Assembly (NCBI GenBank): GCA_045123975.1
Contig: JBGVKV010000007.1
Location: forward strand, 1 to 48,034
Reading direction: 5' to 3'
From: Eubacteriales bacterium
GTDB taxonomy: Bacteria > Bacillota > Clostridia > Oscillospirales > CAG-272
DNA: 48,034 bases
In this document: in pieces, positions 9,426 through 17,440 of the stretch
How positions within the stretch are numbered: position 1 is the first letter of the stretch
Layout: the number at the start of each line of letters is the position of its first letter
Translations under genes and position numbers: made by a program
The notes under the pieces: model-generated
Told to the model about the DNA's origin: nothing
Databases searched by the model: none
Seen by the model: the letters and a program-made list of their open reading frames with translations, nothing else

Positions 9426-9454
9426 TTTATACAACAATTTCGGCCGTTTGTCAA
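9426..9454 (-). promoter_or_regulatory. Sigma-A promoter of the rnf operon
   Basis: TTGACA-N17-TATAAA on the minus strand. Confidence 0.7.
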
Positions 9455-9570
9455 TGGGTTTGTGATTAGTAACAGTTATTAACATAAAACAATTTTGTGT
9501 ATATTTCGCCGCTCTGGATACCGCCGCCTGCACTGTATCACAAAGGAAAAAAAGAAACCCGCGCACACCC

Positions 9571-9599
9571 TTGACAGACCGCCGTTTTTGCGATACACT
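9571..9599 (+). promoter_or_regulatory. Sigma-A promoter for the HAD hydrolase gene
   Basis: TTGACA-N17-TACACT. Confidence 0.6.
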
Positions 9600-9644
9600 C
9601 AATATATAATTGTAAAGAAATCACAGATGAACCGAGGTAATCCT

Positions 9645-10520
9645 ATGGCAAAGATTCCCTTTTCCGATACGGTGAAATTCGATTCCAAAACCACCTTGTT
9701 CGTGACGGATCTGGACGGGACTCTCCTGACGCCCGACGCTACCCTGCCGGACGGTGCCGTGGATGCGGTATGGGATCTGCACCGCCGGGGCATTCGCCTC
9801 ACCTATGCCACCGCACGCACCATCCGCTCCGCAGCGTTCATACTGGAAGGACTCCCCTTCCCCGCACCGATAGCACTGATGAACGGAGTGCTGATGCGGG
9901 ATATGAACGAAGGCCGGTACGTGGACAGCAATCTGCTCACCCCGGATACGGCAGACCGGATCCTTGCCATCGGCGGCGAGCCCTTCGTATACACGCTCAC
10001 ACCCGAGGGTGAGTTGTTCACCGCATACCATCGGATTGCCAACGAGCATATGGAGGATTTCCTCCGTGAACGGGTGGATAAATACGCCAAGCCCTTCCGG
10101 CAATTGGAGGATTTCCATACGCTGATTGAAGAAAAACAGCGGATTATTTACTTCTGCTATCTGGACACGGAGGAGCATCTGCGCCCTATCCACGACGCCA
10201 TTGTCTCCCTGCGGGATCCGTCGGGGGAATATGGCACCAAATGTGCCTTTTACCCCGATCACTACCGTCCCGGCCTATGGTATCTGGAGGTGTTTGCCCC
10301 CACCGCATCCAAGGGCACGGTGATCCGCCGCCTGCGGGAGATGACGGGCGCCCGCACCGTCATCTGCTTCGGAGACAACGGCAACGATCTTCCCATGTTT
10401 GCCGAGTCCGATTACGCATTCGCGGTGGAGTGCGCCGCCGATTCCGTCAAGGAAGCCGCCGACGGAATCATCCCCGGCGGGATGGGCGTGATTGAGTTTA
10501 TACGGAAACACACAATATAA
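9645..10520 (+). CDS. Cof-type HAD-IIB family hydrolase
   Basis: DLDGTLL, ATAR, ASKG, FGDNGNDLPMF. Start moved to MAKIP after SD GAGG. Confidence 0.92.
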   Translation: MAKIPFSDTVKFDSKTTLFVTDLDGTLLTPDATLPDGAVDAVWDLHRRGIRLTYATARTIRSAAFILEGLPFPAPIALMNGVLMRDMNEGRYVDSNLLTPDTADRILAIGGEPFVYTLTPEGELFTAYHRIANEHMEDFLRERVDKYAKPFRQLEDFHTLIEEKQRIIYFCYLDTEEHLRPIHDAIVSLRDPSGEYGTKCAFYPDHYRPGLWYLEVFAPTASKGTVIRRLREMTGARTVICFGDNGNDLPMFAESDYAFAVECAADSVKEAADGIIPGGMGVIEFIRKHTI

Positions 10521-10559
10521 ACCTACCCCGGTATTACTTGTTTTCAGGAGGGCTCTGCC

Positions 10560-12206
10560 ATGCTTCTCGAAAAAGCCAAGAATCCCGCTTTCTGGGAGAA
10601 AGTCCGCACATCTTCTGCCTATCGGTCACTCGTTGACGAGCTGCTCTCCCTGTGGGAAAAAGATTGCACCGATGTATTCCCCGCCGGCAAGTACAGTGAG
10701 TACGTTCTCTTCAATCAAACAGGAAGCCGTGCGGAATACGAGGCGTTCTACTTCCGTCGGCGGCGGGCTATGAACACATCCGCCCTTCTTTCGCTGATTT
10801 ATCCGGATAACGATACGTATTTCACCATGCTGTGCGACGTGATCTGGGTCATTCTCGACGAATACAGCTGGGTTTTGCCCGCTCACATCCATAACTTCCG
10901 GGACTGCTCCACCAAGTTCATCGATCTTTTTGCCGCCGAAACAGGCTTCACCCTGTCGGAAATCGACTATTTGCTGGAAGACCGTTTGCCCTCATTGATC
11001 CGCAGCCGCATCCGTGCGGAAATTGATCGCCGCATTATTTCCGTATATACCGGACCGCAGGAGTTCTGGTGGGAGAAAAGCCGAGGCAACTGGGCCGCCG
11101 TGTGCGCGGGCTGCGTGGGCATTACCTTCCTCTATCAACGTCCGGATCTGTTTGAGAGCATACAGGAAAGAATAGACAAAACGCTGCGCACATTCCTCAC
11201 CGGATTCTACGAAGACGGTATCTGCCAGGAAGGATTCCATTACTGGCACTACGGATTCGGACACTACCTGTGCTTTGCCGATCTGATACGGCAGTTCAGC
11301 GATGGAAAGATAGATTATCTTGCGGAACCGAAAATCCAAACCATTGCCCAGTATCCGCAGCGCATGTTTATGGACGGCGACACCATCGTCAGCTTTTCCG
11401 ATTCCCATATGAAAAGCTCCTGGCACATCGGCTTACTCCATTATCTGAAAAAAGAGTTCCCCGACCACATCCATCTTCCGCCCCAGGCATTCAGCTACAG
11501 CAATGATTCCTGTGGCCGCTGGGGATTGCACCTGCGCGCATTCCTGTGGTTCGATGAGACACTGCCATGCGAGGACACGCAAAATTACGGCACAGATTAT
11601 TCCTCCGTATCCCAATGGCTGATCAAAAAGACTCCGCTCTACAGTTTTGCCGCCAAGGGCGGACATAACGATGAGCCCCACAATCACAACGATATCGGCA
11701 GTTTCATTCTCACGAAAAACGGCGAGCAGATTCTCTGCGATCCCGGTACCGGAACGTATTGCCGGGAGTATTTCAGCGACGGCCGGTATACGTTTTTCCG
11801 CACCTCCTCCCGCGGACACAGCGTCCCCATTATCAACGGGCAGTATCAAAAGGAAGGACGGACACATGAAGCCTCCGCATCGTTTTCGGAGGATGTGTTC
11901 ACTTTGGAAATGCACCGTGCCTACGATATTCCCGCCCTGCGCGGTCTGACACGATCCTTTTCCTTCACCGAAGCCACCGTCACACTGCGTGACGATTTCT
12001 CCTTCGATGGACGGGCACTGCCTGTGGTGGAGCGATTTGTTTCCCGCTATCCTGTCGAAATAACGCCTGAGGGCGTCCTCACCTGCGGGTTGCTGTTGTC
12101 CGCAGATGCAAGTGCCGTGGTCACACAAACGGAAGGACTGTACTGCATAGACTACGCCTTGGAGCCCAATGCCACCGGCTTTACCCTGACCGTGCAGATC
12201 GGATAA
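10560..12206 (+). CDS. Heparinase II/III-like protein (no signal peptide)
   Basis: IDLFAAET, NWAAVC, DG.C.EG..YW.YG, KGGHNDEPHNHNDIGSF, D.G...Y, HSVPIING. Confidence 0.8.
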   Translation: MLLEKAKNPAFWEKVRTSSAYRSLVDELLSLWEKDCTDVFPAGKYSEYVLFNQTGSRAEYEAFYFRRRRAMNTSALLSLIYPDNDTYFTMLCDVIWVILDEYSWVLPAHIHNFRDCSTKFIDLFAAETGFTLSEIDYLLEDRLPSLIRSRIRAEIDRRIISVYTGPQEFWWEKSRGNWAAVCAGCVGITFLYQRPDLFESIQERIDKTLRTFLTGFYEDGICQEGFHYWHYGFGHYLCFADLIRQFSDGKIDYLAEPKIQTIAQYPQRMFMDGDTIVSFSDSHMKSSWHIGLLHYLKKEFPDHIHLPPQAFSYSNDSCGRWGLHLRAFLWFDETLPCEDTQNYGTDYSSVSQWLIKKTPLYSFAAKGGHNDEPHNHNDIGSFILTKNGEQILCDPGTGTYCREYFSDGRYTFFRTSSRGHSVPIINGQYQKEGRTHEASASFSEDVFTLEMHRAYDIPALRGLTRSFSFTEATVTLRDDFSFDGRALPVVERFVSRYPVEITPEGVLTCGLLLSADASAVVTQTEGLYCIDYALEPNATGFTLTVQIG

Positions 12207-12233
12207 CCGGAGCACAGCCAAAACAATACAATA

Positions 12234-12265
12234 AAAGAAAGACCGCCCAAAGGCGGTCTTTCTTT
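12234..12265. terminator. Bidirectional intrinsic terminator
   Basis: AAAGAAAGACCGCC-caaa-GGCGGTCTTTCTTT between convergent genes. Confidence 0.85.
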
Positions 12266-12274
12266 GCGCTGTAA

Positions 12275-12952
12275 TCATTCCACGCCGTACACCGTGAGGG
12301 AATCCTCTTCCCTGCGATAAACGGCAAGGAATACTTCTTTTGCATCGTAATATTTCTGCTCCGTGAGCCGTTTTGTAAGCCAGGCCTCATCCCGCCCCAT
12401 ACGGCGAAGATTCTCACCCAAAATCCGCCCGTCCATAATCACCTCCGTGCCGATGTGGGACGGCGGTGGGCACAGCTTCAGATCCCCCGGCGTAGCGGGC
12501 CGCTTATCGCTGACGGGCAAAACGGACAACTTCCCGTTGTGCTCAAAAATGGCAGTCTGGATCTCCGACAGATCGAAATAACCGGCCTCCCGGCAAAGGA
12601 GCAGAAATTCCGACAGATCCAATTTGGCTTTTTTCAGATTTTCCCGGTACAACTTGCCGTTGTCCATCAAAATCGTGGGCGTGCCGTTGATGTATTTGCG
12701 ACTTCGGGGGAATTTGTGGGTCAAAAGGCTGAGCAAAACGGACACGAAGCCGTAGATCACCAGTGCCGTCAGGGATTGCCAGGGAGATTCCAGATCCGTG
12801 GCCATTTCCGCCGCGATGGAACCGATGGTGATGCCGCTGATATAATCGAAAAAGTCCAGCTGGGCCACCTGCTTGTGCCCCATCAGTTTTGTAATGCAGA
12901 ACAGCGCTATGACCGAAAATACCGACGTGAAAACGATTTGGAGAAAATCCAT
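12275..12952 (-). CDS. DUF421 (YetF-like) membrane protein
   Basis: KLMG.KQVAQL.FFDYI.GITIGSIAA, G.PTIL..NGK...ENL, AIFE.NGKLSVL. Start at MDFL after GGAGG. Confidence 0.9.
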   Translation of the reverse strand: MDFLQIVFTSVFSVIALFCITKLMGHKQVAQLDFFDYISGITIGSIAAEMATDLESPWQSLTALVIYGFVSVLLSLLTHKFPRSRKYINGTPTILMDNGKLYRENLKKAKLDLSEFLLLCREAGYFDLSEIQTAIFEHNGKLSVLPVSDKRPATPGDLKLCPPPSHIGTEVIMDGRILGENLRRMGRDEAWLTKRLTEQKYYDAKEVFLAVYRREEDSLTVYGVE

Positions 12953-13053
12953 CCATGCCTCCGTTTTTGTCATAGTGTGCCCGGATGCGGGATATGTATG
13001 TGAGGAAAAGAACCGCAATGAGTAAGGCGTTGGGGTGAGAAGAGGATATGGAA

Positions 13054-13077
13054 AGGGCTGACCTCGCGGTCAGCCCT
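13054..13077 (-). terminator. Hairpin downstream of the methyltransferase
   Basis: AGGGCTGACC-tcgc-GGTCAGCCCT, short U tract on the minus strand. Confidence 0.6.
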
Positions 13078-13089
13078 AATTATGTTCTA

Positions 13090-13111
13090 TTCGATAAATT
13101 GGAATTTGACA
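13090..13111. repeat. Left arm of 22-bp inverted repeat flanking the methyltransferase
   Basis: TTCGATAAATTGGAATTTGACA. Its reverse complement matches 13776-13797 at 20/22 positions. Confidence 0.85.
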
Positions 13112-13112
13112 G

Positions 13113-13763
13113 TTATTTAACTGCCTTAATGGTGTATGTTGCTCCCCAATTATTCAACACCTCTTCCGCTGCAAAGCCCGCTTCAACAAGAGCTTCAATC
13201 TCGTGCTTCACAGTAAGCGGTGTATCATAATGGTAAAACTCGTTATTGGTAATACCTTGTTCTGTTTTCAGAGCTATCAAATTGTTTCGGTGCATCCGTT
13301 CCTCATCATCAGATAAGGAAAAATAATCCGTGAGTATAAAATATCCATTATCCTTTAATGCGATATGCAATTTAGAATAAAGCCCGACCTTTTCTTCTTT
13401 TGTAAAATGATGCAAGCTTTCTACCGATACAGCGGCATCAAACACATTTTCACCAAGCGGCACATCAAAATATGAGCCAAGAATCAAGGTTATATCCTTG
13501 CCAACGAATTTTCGTTGAAGCTCGGTTAGCATTCCTTCAGAAAGGTCTATTCCCGTAACCCTTGCCGAAGGATTAAACTTATAATATTCTTGCAGTTCCA
13601 ACCCTGTACCGCAACCCAAATCAAGTATGTGACAGTTTTCAGCGGTCGGTAATTGCTTTGCCGTAAAGGGATAGAACTCGCTTGCACATTCGATGTCAGT
13701 CAGCATATGCTCATCGTATCCGCTAAGTCTTGCCTCAAAGAAATCACTCATTTTTTCAAGCAT
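13113..13763 (-). CDS. Class I SAM-dependent methyltransferase
   Basis: ILDLGCGTG, VTGIDLS..ML, FDAAVSV.SLHH. Start MLEKM after SD AAGGAGG. More AT-rich than its neighbours. Confidence 0.9.
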   Translation of the reverse strand: MLEKMSDFFEARLSGYDEHMLTDIECASEFYPFTAKQLPTAENCHILDLGCGTGLELQEYYKFNPSARVTGIDLSEGMLTELQRKFVGKDITLILGSYFDVPLGENVFDAAVSVESLHHFTKEEKVGLYSKLHIALKDNGYFILTDYFSLSDDEERMHRNNLIALKTEQGITNNEFYHYDTPLTVKHEIEALVEAGFAAEEVLNNWGATYTIKAVK

Positions 13764-13775
13764 ACATAACCTCCT

Positions 13776-13797
13776 TGTCAAATTCTTATTTATCGAA
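13776..13797. repeat. Right arm of 22-bp inverted repeat flanking the methyltransferase
   Basis: TGTCAAATTCTTATTTATCGAA, directly abutting the SD. Confidence 0.85.
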
Positions 13798-13815
13798 CTG
13801 ATTAATTACAAAATA

Positions 13816-13843
13816 AAGACCGCAATTCGTGAGAACTGCGGCC
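13816..13843 (-). terminator. Terminator downstream of tRNA-Ser
   Basis: Minus strand GGCCGCAGTTC-tcac-GAATTGCGGTC followed by TTTATTTT. Confidence 0.65.
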
Positions 13844-13848
13844 GTTTT

Positions 13849-13937
13849 TGGCGCAGAGAGAGGGATTCGAACCCTCGTGAGCTTTCGCCCAAACTGATTT
13901 CGAGTCAGCCCCGTTATGACCACTTCGATATCTCTGC
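13849..13937 (-). tRNA. tRNA-Ser(CGA)
   Basis: GCAGAGA/TCTCTGC acceptor stem, G discriminator and encoded CCA. Anticodon arm CTGA-CT-CGA-AA-TCAG, long variable arm, GGTTCGAATCC T-loop. Confidence 0.95.
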
Positions 13938-13969
13938 ATACTATTTCATTATGGATCACGCTATGGGGT

Positions 13970-13998
13970 AGTATACCACATCGGGCGCGCAAATGCAA
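13970..13998 (-). promoter_or_regulatory. Promoter for tRNA-Ser
   Basis: TTGCAT-N17-TATACT with extended -10 TG. Confidence 0.6.
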
Positions 13999-14034
13999 GG
14001 GGATGGCACAACATTCCAGAAAAAAGAGGCGGAA

Positions 14035-14493
14035 TTATTCCGCCTCATCAGGATCTGCTTTCAATCCCTGCAATTCTTTCATGAAGGTTTCCACATCCTT
14101 GAACTCGCGGTATACGGATGCAAAGCGCACATAGGCCACCGCATCCCGCTTTTTCAGCTTTTCCATGGCCAACTCACCGATCTCACGGGAGGGAATCTCC
14201 CGGCGGAGGGAATTCATAATCTCCACCTCGATCTCGGCGGCGATAGCTTCCGCGTCCACGGGACGCTTCTGGCAGGCCTTCATCAGACCGCCCAGGATCT
14301 TATTCTTATCAAAATACTCCTTTGTACCGTCTTTTTTGACGATAACCGGCTGGAATGCCTCGATGATCTCATAAGTAGTGAACCGCTTCTGACACTTCAG
14401 ACACTCGCGGCGGCGGCGGATGCTGTCGCTCTCTTCAACCGGACGGGAATCGATTACTTTACTGTCTGTGTAGCCGCACATGGGACATCTCAT
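14035..14493 (-). CDS. nrdR: Transcriptional repressor NrdR
   Basis: MRCPMCG...SKVIDSR...IRRRREC..C.KRFTTYE, ATP-cone, VAYVRFASVYREF. Confidence 0.97.
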   Translation of the reverse strand: MRCPMCGYTDSKVIDSRPVEESDSIRRRRECLKCQKRFTTYEIIEAFQPVIVKKDGTKEYFDKNKILGGLMKACQKRPVDAEAIAAEIEVEIMNSLRREIPSREIGELAMEKLKKRDAVAYVRFASVYREFKDVETFMKELQGLKADPDEAE

Positions 14494-14541
14494 AAGGCAA
14501 ACTCCTTTGCTCATCTGCATCGAGGGATTCTGTTGTTCCGT

Positions 14542-14570
14542 ATTATATCACAATTTGGCGTTTTTGTCAA
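14542..14570 (-). promoter_or_regulatory. Consensus sigma-A promoter for nrdR
   Basis: TTGACA-N17-TATAAT with extended -10 TG. Confidence 0.85.
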
Positions 14571-14676
14571 TGCGTTGCGGATTTCTCAAAAAAAAATCTA
14601 CATATTGTGTTTTTTGAGGGAACATTTATCTTTCCCCTTTCGTCCAACACACAAAAGTACACTTGGAGGTATCCGC

Positions 14677-16284
14677 ATGAAACATATCATCGCTGTATTG
14701 CTCGCGCTTCTGCTGAGTGCATCCCTGGCCGCCTGCCACCCGGATGTACCGGACGCGCCGGTTGTGACCGATCCCACGGCAACCGATCCGCCCACGTCGG
14801 AGAATACGGAACAGACGGATCCGCCCGCCACAGACGTTCCCTACCTACCGATTGATCCTGCACCCGGTTTTTCCGCTTTGGAAAAATTGGAAACTTCTTA
14901 CCGTTGGGAAGCCGCCATTCTCAAGGGCTCACCCATTGGCGGAGACGTAACTCTGTACGTGCTGGATATCGGATTGACCTATTACGCGGTTCACCAGCCC
15001 GCCGATGCGGAAAGCGCAGACTGTTACCGAGGCACGCTGGACCTGCCGGAGGGATATACGGACGGCCGTATCGTTTCCGTAGGACCCGGTGCCGGCAGCG
15101 GAGAGATCGTAATGATGGTAGTGGCAGAAAAGGATGGCTCGCTTGCGGCGCTGGACTACCTGTGTCTTACGGATTCCATGGGTCTTTTCGTTGTAACGCC
15201 CCGTGAGAATATTCCCGACGTGCCCCTGGCGCGGCTGATTCAAGTGATGGAGAATCCGGGCAATCTGTCCGTGCACACGGTAAAAATCCCGGTAAAGAAC
15301 ACAAATACCCGAGTAAGGGACTTCCAATTTAATGATCGGTACCGGATTTACGTAACGTCGGAAGTGGTGCAGAACGATGCCAGCGGATACCTTGTGCACA
15401 CAGACGACTTGTTTATCGTGGATTTGTCCATTGGCGAAATCGTGCATCGGGCAAAGCTGGATATAGACGAAGATCCACTCGAGCTGATCTACACCGACGA
15501 CGGATGTGTGCTTATGAAGCGGATGCCCAAAGAAAACGGTGCATACTACGAAACCACCGCCTGCTACAAGATCACCGAGGTGGACGGCGTATTTACCGTA
15601 ACTCCCGTGGAATGGGAAGCATTTCCCTCTGCCGAATCTATCCACCGCTCCCCCAATGGCACGTACGCCGTTTATCAAACCATGGAAGACGGATGGGGCA
15701 ACGGCGGTATTGATGTGAAGTACCGAGACGGATCGGTACGGCGGATTCTCACCAACGTGATGCTGGGTGACTCCCCCGATTGCAAAGCGAAAAGCATTGG
15801 GGACGTGGTGGGCTACACGCCTCTCGGATTTTTGGATGACACCCATTTTGCCTATTACATAGGCGGTTGGGAATGTGTTTGGGGCTACGGAATCTACGAT
15901 TTGGAAACCGGAATCTCCACGGAATACCGGGACGGATACCGTGCACTGACAGTAAGCAACGGCGTTTTGTTTATACAGGCCAAGACCGACTACGACGATC
16001 GATATCCTGTGCTTCCCGGGGATATTTACAAAGTACACGCAGACGGAAAAAGAGAGAAAATGCCCCTGCCCGGTATTTCCTCTGCCGGCTCCAAGTGGCT
16101 CCGCTATGAATCGGAAACCGTGGGAGAAACGAAGCGCCTGGAAAAGAGCACAGTAACGATTCTCTCCTCCGATATGGTAACGGAGCTAGCAAAGATGGAA
16201 ATGGTCCGCCCGCTGCACAAGGGTTACCCGGATTATTACTTCTATGAGAACAACATCGTCTTTATCCAACCGGCAATCGAGTAA
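14677..16284 (+). CDS. Hypothetical lipoprotein (535 aa)
   Basis: SD GGAGG, MKHIIAVLLALLLSASLAAC lipobox, T/D/P-rich linker, beta-rich body. Confidence 0.8.
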   Translation: MKHIIAVLLALLLSASLAACHPDVPDAPVVTDPTATDPPTSENTEQTDPPATDVPYLPIDPAPGFSALEKLETSYRWEAAILKGSPIGGDVTLYVLDIGLTYYAVHQPADAESADCYRGTLDLPEGYTDGRIVSVGPGAGSGEIVMMVVAEKDGSLAALDYLCLTDSMGLFVVTPRENIPDVPLARLIQVMENPGNLSVHTVKIPVKNTNTRVRDFQFNDRYRIYVTSEVVQNDASGYLVHTDDLFIVDLSIGEIVHRAKLDIDEDPLELIYTDDGCVLMKRMPKENGAYYETTACYKITEVDGVFTVTPVEWEAFPSAESIHRSPNGTYAVYQTMEDGWGNGGIDVKYRDGSVRRILTNVMLGDSPDCKAKSIGDVVGYTPLGFLDDTHFAYYIGGWECVWGYGIYDLETGISTEYRDGYRALTVSNGVLFIQAKTDYDDRYPVLPGDIYKVHADGKREKMPLPGISSAGSKWLRYESETVGETKRLEKSTVTILSSDMVTELAKMEMVRPLHKGYPDYYFYENNIVFIQPAIE

Positions 16285-16288
16285 AAAG

Positions 16289-16312
16289 AAACCGCAGGGT
16301 ATCCTGCGGTTT
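16289..16312. terminator. Bidirectional terminator
   Basis: AAACCGCAGG-gtat-CCTGCGGTTT between convergent genes. Confidence 0.85.
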
Positions 16313-16318
16313 TTCTTA

Positions 16319-17386
16319 TTACGGCACCAGCCGTACCTCCAGCCGGACGGGATTGTGGTCGGAATGGGTGAAGTCCAGATGCACGGTCTCCACCTCTGTC
16401 AATTCCACGTTGGGGGACAGAATGAATCCGTCAATCACATACAGCTGGCAGTCCTCACAGTAGGGCTGATCCAAAAGACGGCAGGTGGGTTTTGTTTCGT
16501 CAAAGGCATACTGCCATCCCTCAGGAAGTGATTCTTCCGTCAGCAGACCGGGCATCCACTTTTCCGGTTCCCGGATGGGATAGGTATCGAGAGTACCCGG
16601 GAAGGACTGATTGAAATCGCCGCCGGCGATGACGTAGTTCCCTTTCGCGTACTCTTGTTGCATCAGTTCCAGCAGCTGCTTGGTCTGGGCGATGCGCCCT
16701 TCCCCGCTTTCATAGGCCTCCAGATGGAGATTGATCAGTACCAATTCCCGATCGCTTCCCTCCACCGCCATGCGGGTCACAAGCAGACACCGCTTGATGT
16801 TGGCTGCGCGCACCGGCCATGTGAAGGGACAGGGCAAGCTGACACGGTCCGCCTCCTCCTTAATGGAATGTGGTGTAACGGTGGCAAGGCCGCCCTCGAT
16901 CCGTCCCATGGGCGGCAGAGGAATTGGCACGAAGGGACATTTATAATTATAGGCAAACGCCGAATCTCCGGCAACGGCTTCTGTCAGACGGGCAAACTGA
17001 TCCATTCCCTCGGTGCGGGCGGAGTTCACGTCCACCTCCTGGATCAACCAGGCATCGGCGGGGTGCTGTCCCATGAATTCCTGAATACCCGCCATATTCT
17101 TTTCCACAATTTCCCGGCTGGGCGGGTTCACCATCGTGCCGCCATCCATAAAGAAGTCCGACTCCTCACCAAGACCGGCATAGCCCATATTCCAGGTGTA
17201 TACGGTCACAGTGCTGCCCACGGCATTTTCCTCCCCCCGGCGGATGATCCGATCCGCCGCCTGCACGGGTGCCGGCTTATACTCCGTAATGCTCAAATAG
17301 GCAATCAATCCTGCCAGTGCGAGCACCACAGCGCCCGCAACCGCCGCCACGGTAATTCCCGTGATTTTCAAAATCCGTTTTGTCAT
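16319..17386 (-). CDS. Membrane-anchored endonuclease/exonuclease/phosphatase family protein
   Basis: N-terminal TM helix. TWNMGY, IQEVD, NLHLEAY, GGDFN, IDGF, SDHNPV. Confidence 0.9.
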   Translation of the reverse strand: MTKRILKITGITVAAVAGAVVLALAGLIAYLSITEYKPAPVQAADRIIRRGEENAVGSTVTVYTWNMGYAGLGEESDFFMDGGTMVNPPSREIVEKNMAGIQEFMGQHPADAWLIQEVDVNSARTEGMDQFARLTEAVAGDSAFAYNYKCPFVPIPLPPMGRIEGGLATVTPHSIKEEADRVSLPCPFTWPVRAANIKRCLLVTRMAVEGSDRELVLINLHLEAYESGEGRIAQTKQLLELMQQEYAKGNYVIAGGDFNQSFPGTLDTYPIREPEKWMPGLLTEESLPEGWQYAFDETKPTCRLLDQPYCEDCQLYVIDGFILSPNVELTEVETVHLDFTHSDHNPVRLEVRLVP

Positions 17387-17440
17387 GGTATTGCCTTCCT
17401 TTCCCAAAATATCATTTTCCGCAAATGCCAAACGTATCCG

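Noticed and set aside
9460..9475. TTGTGATTAGTAACAG as a possible Rex box upstream of the rnf promoter
   Set aside because: Half-site spacing is 2 bp shorter than the 18-bp Rex consensus. It may be another operator but cannot be assigned.
12973..13001. ACATA-N17-CACACTA, possible sporulation sigma-G-type promoter before DUF421
   Set aside because: Short degenerate consensus with a mismatch, not supportable from sequence alone.
13993..14676. N-terminal 228 aa of the 763-aa ORF
   Set aside because: Antisense to nrdR. The real start is ATG 14677, which has an SD and a lipoprotein signal.
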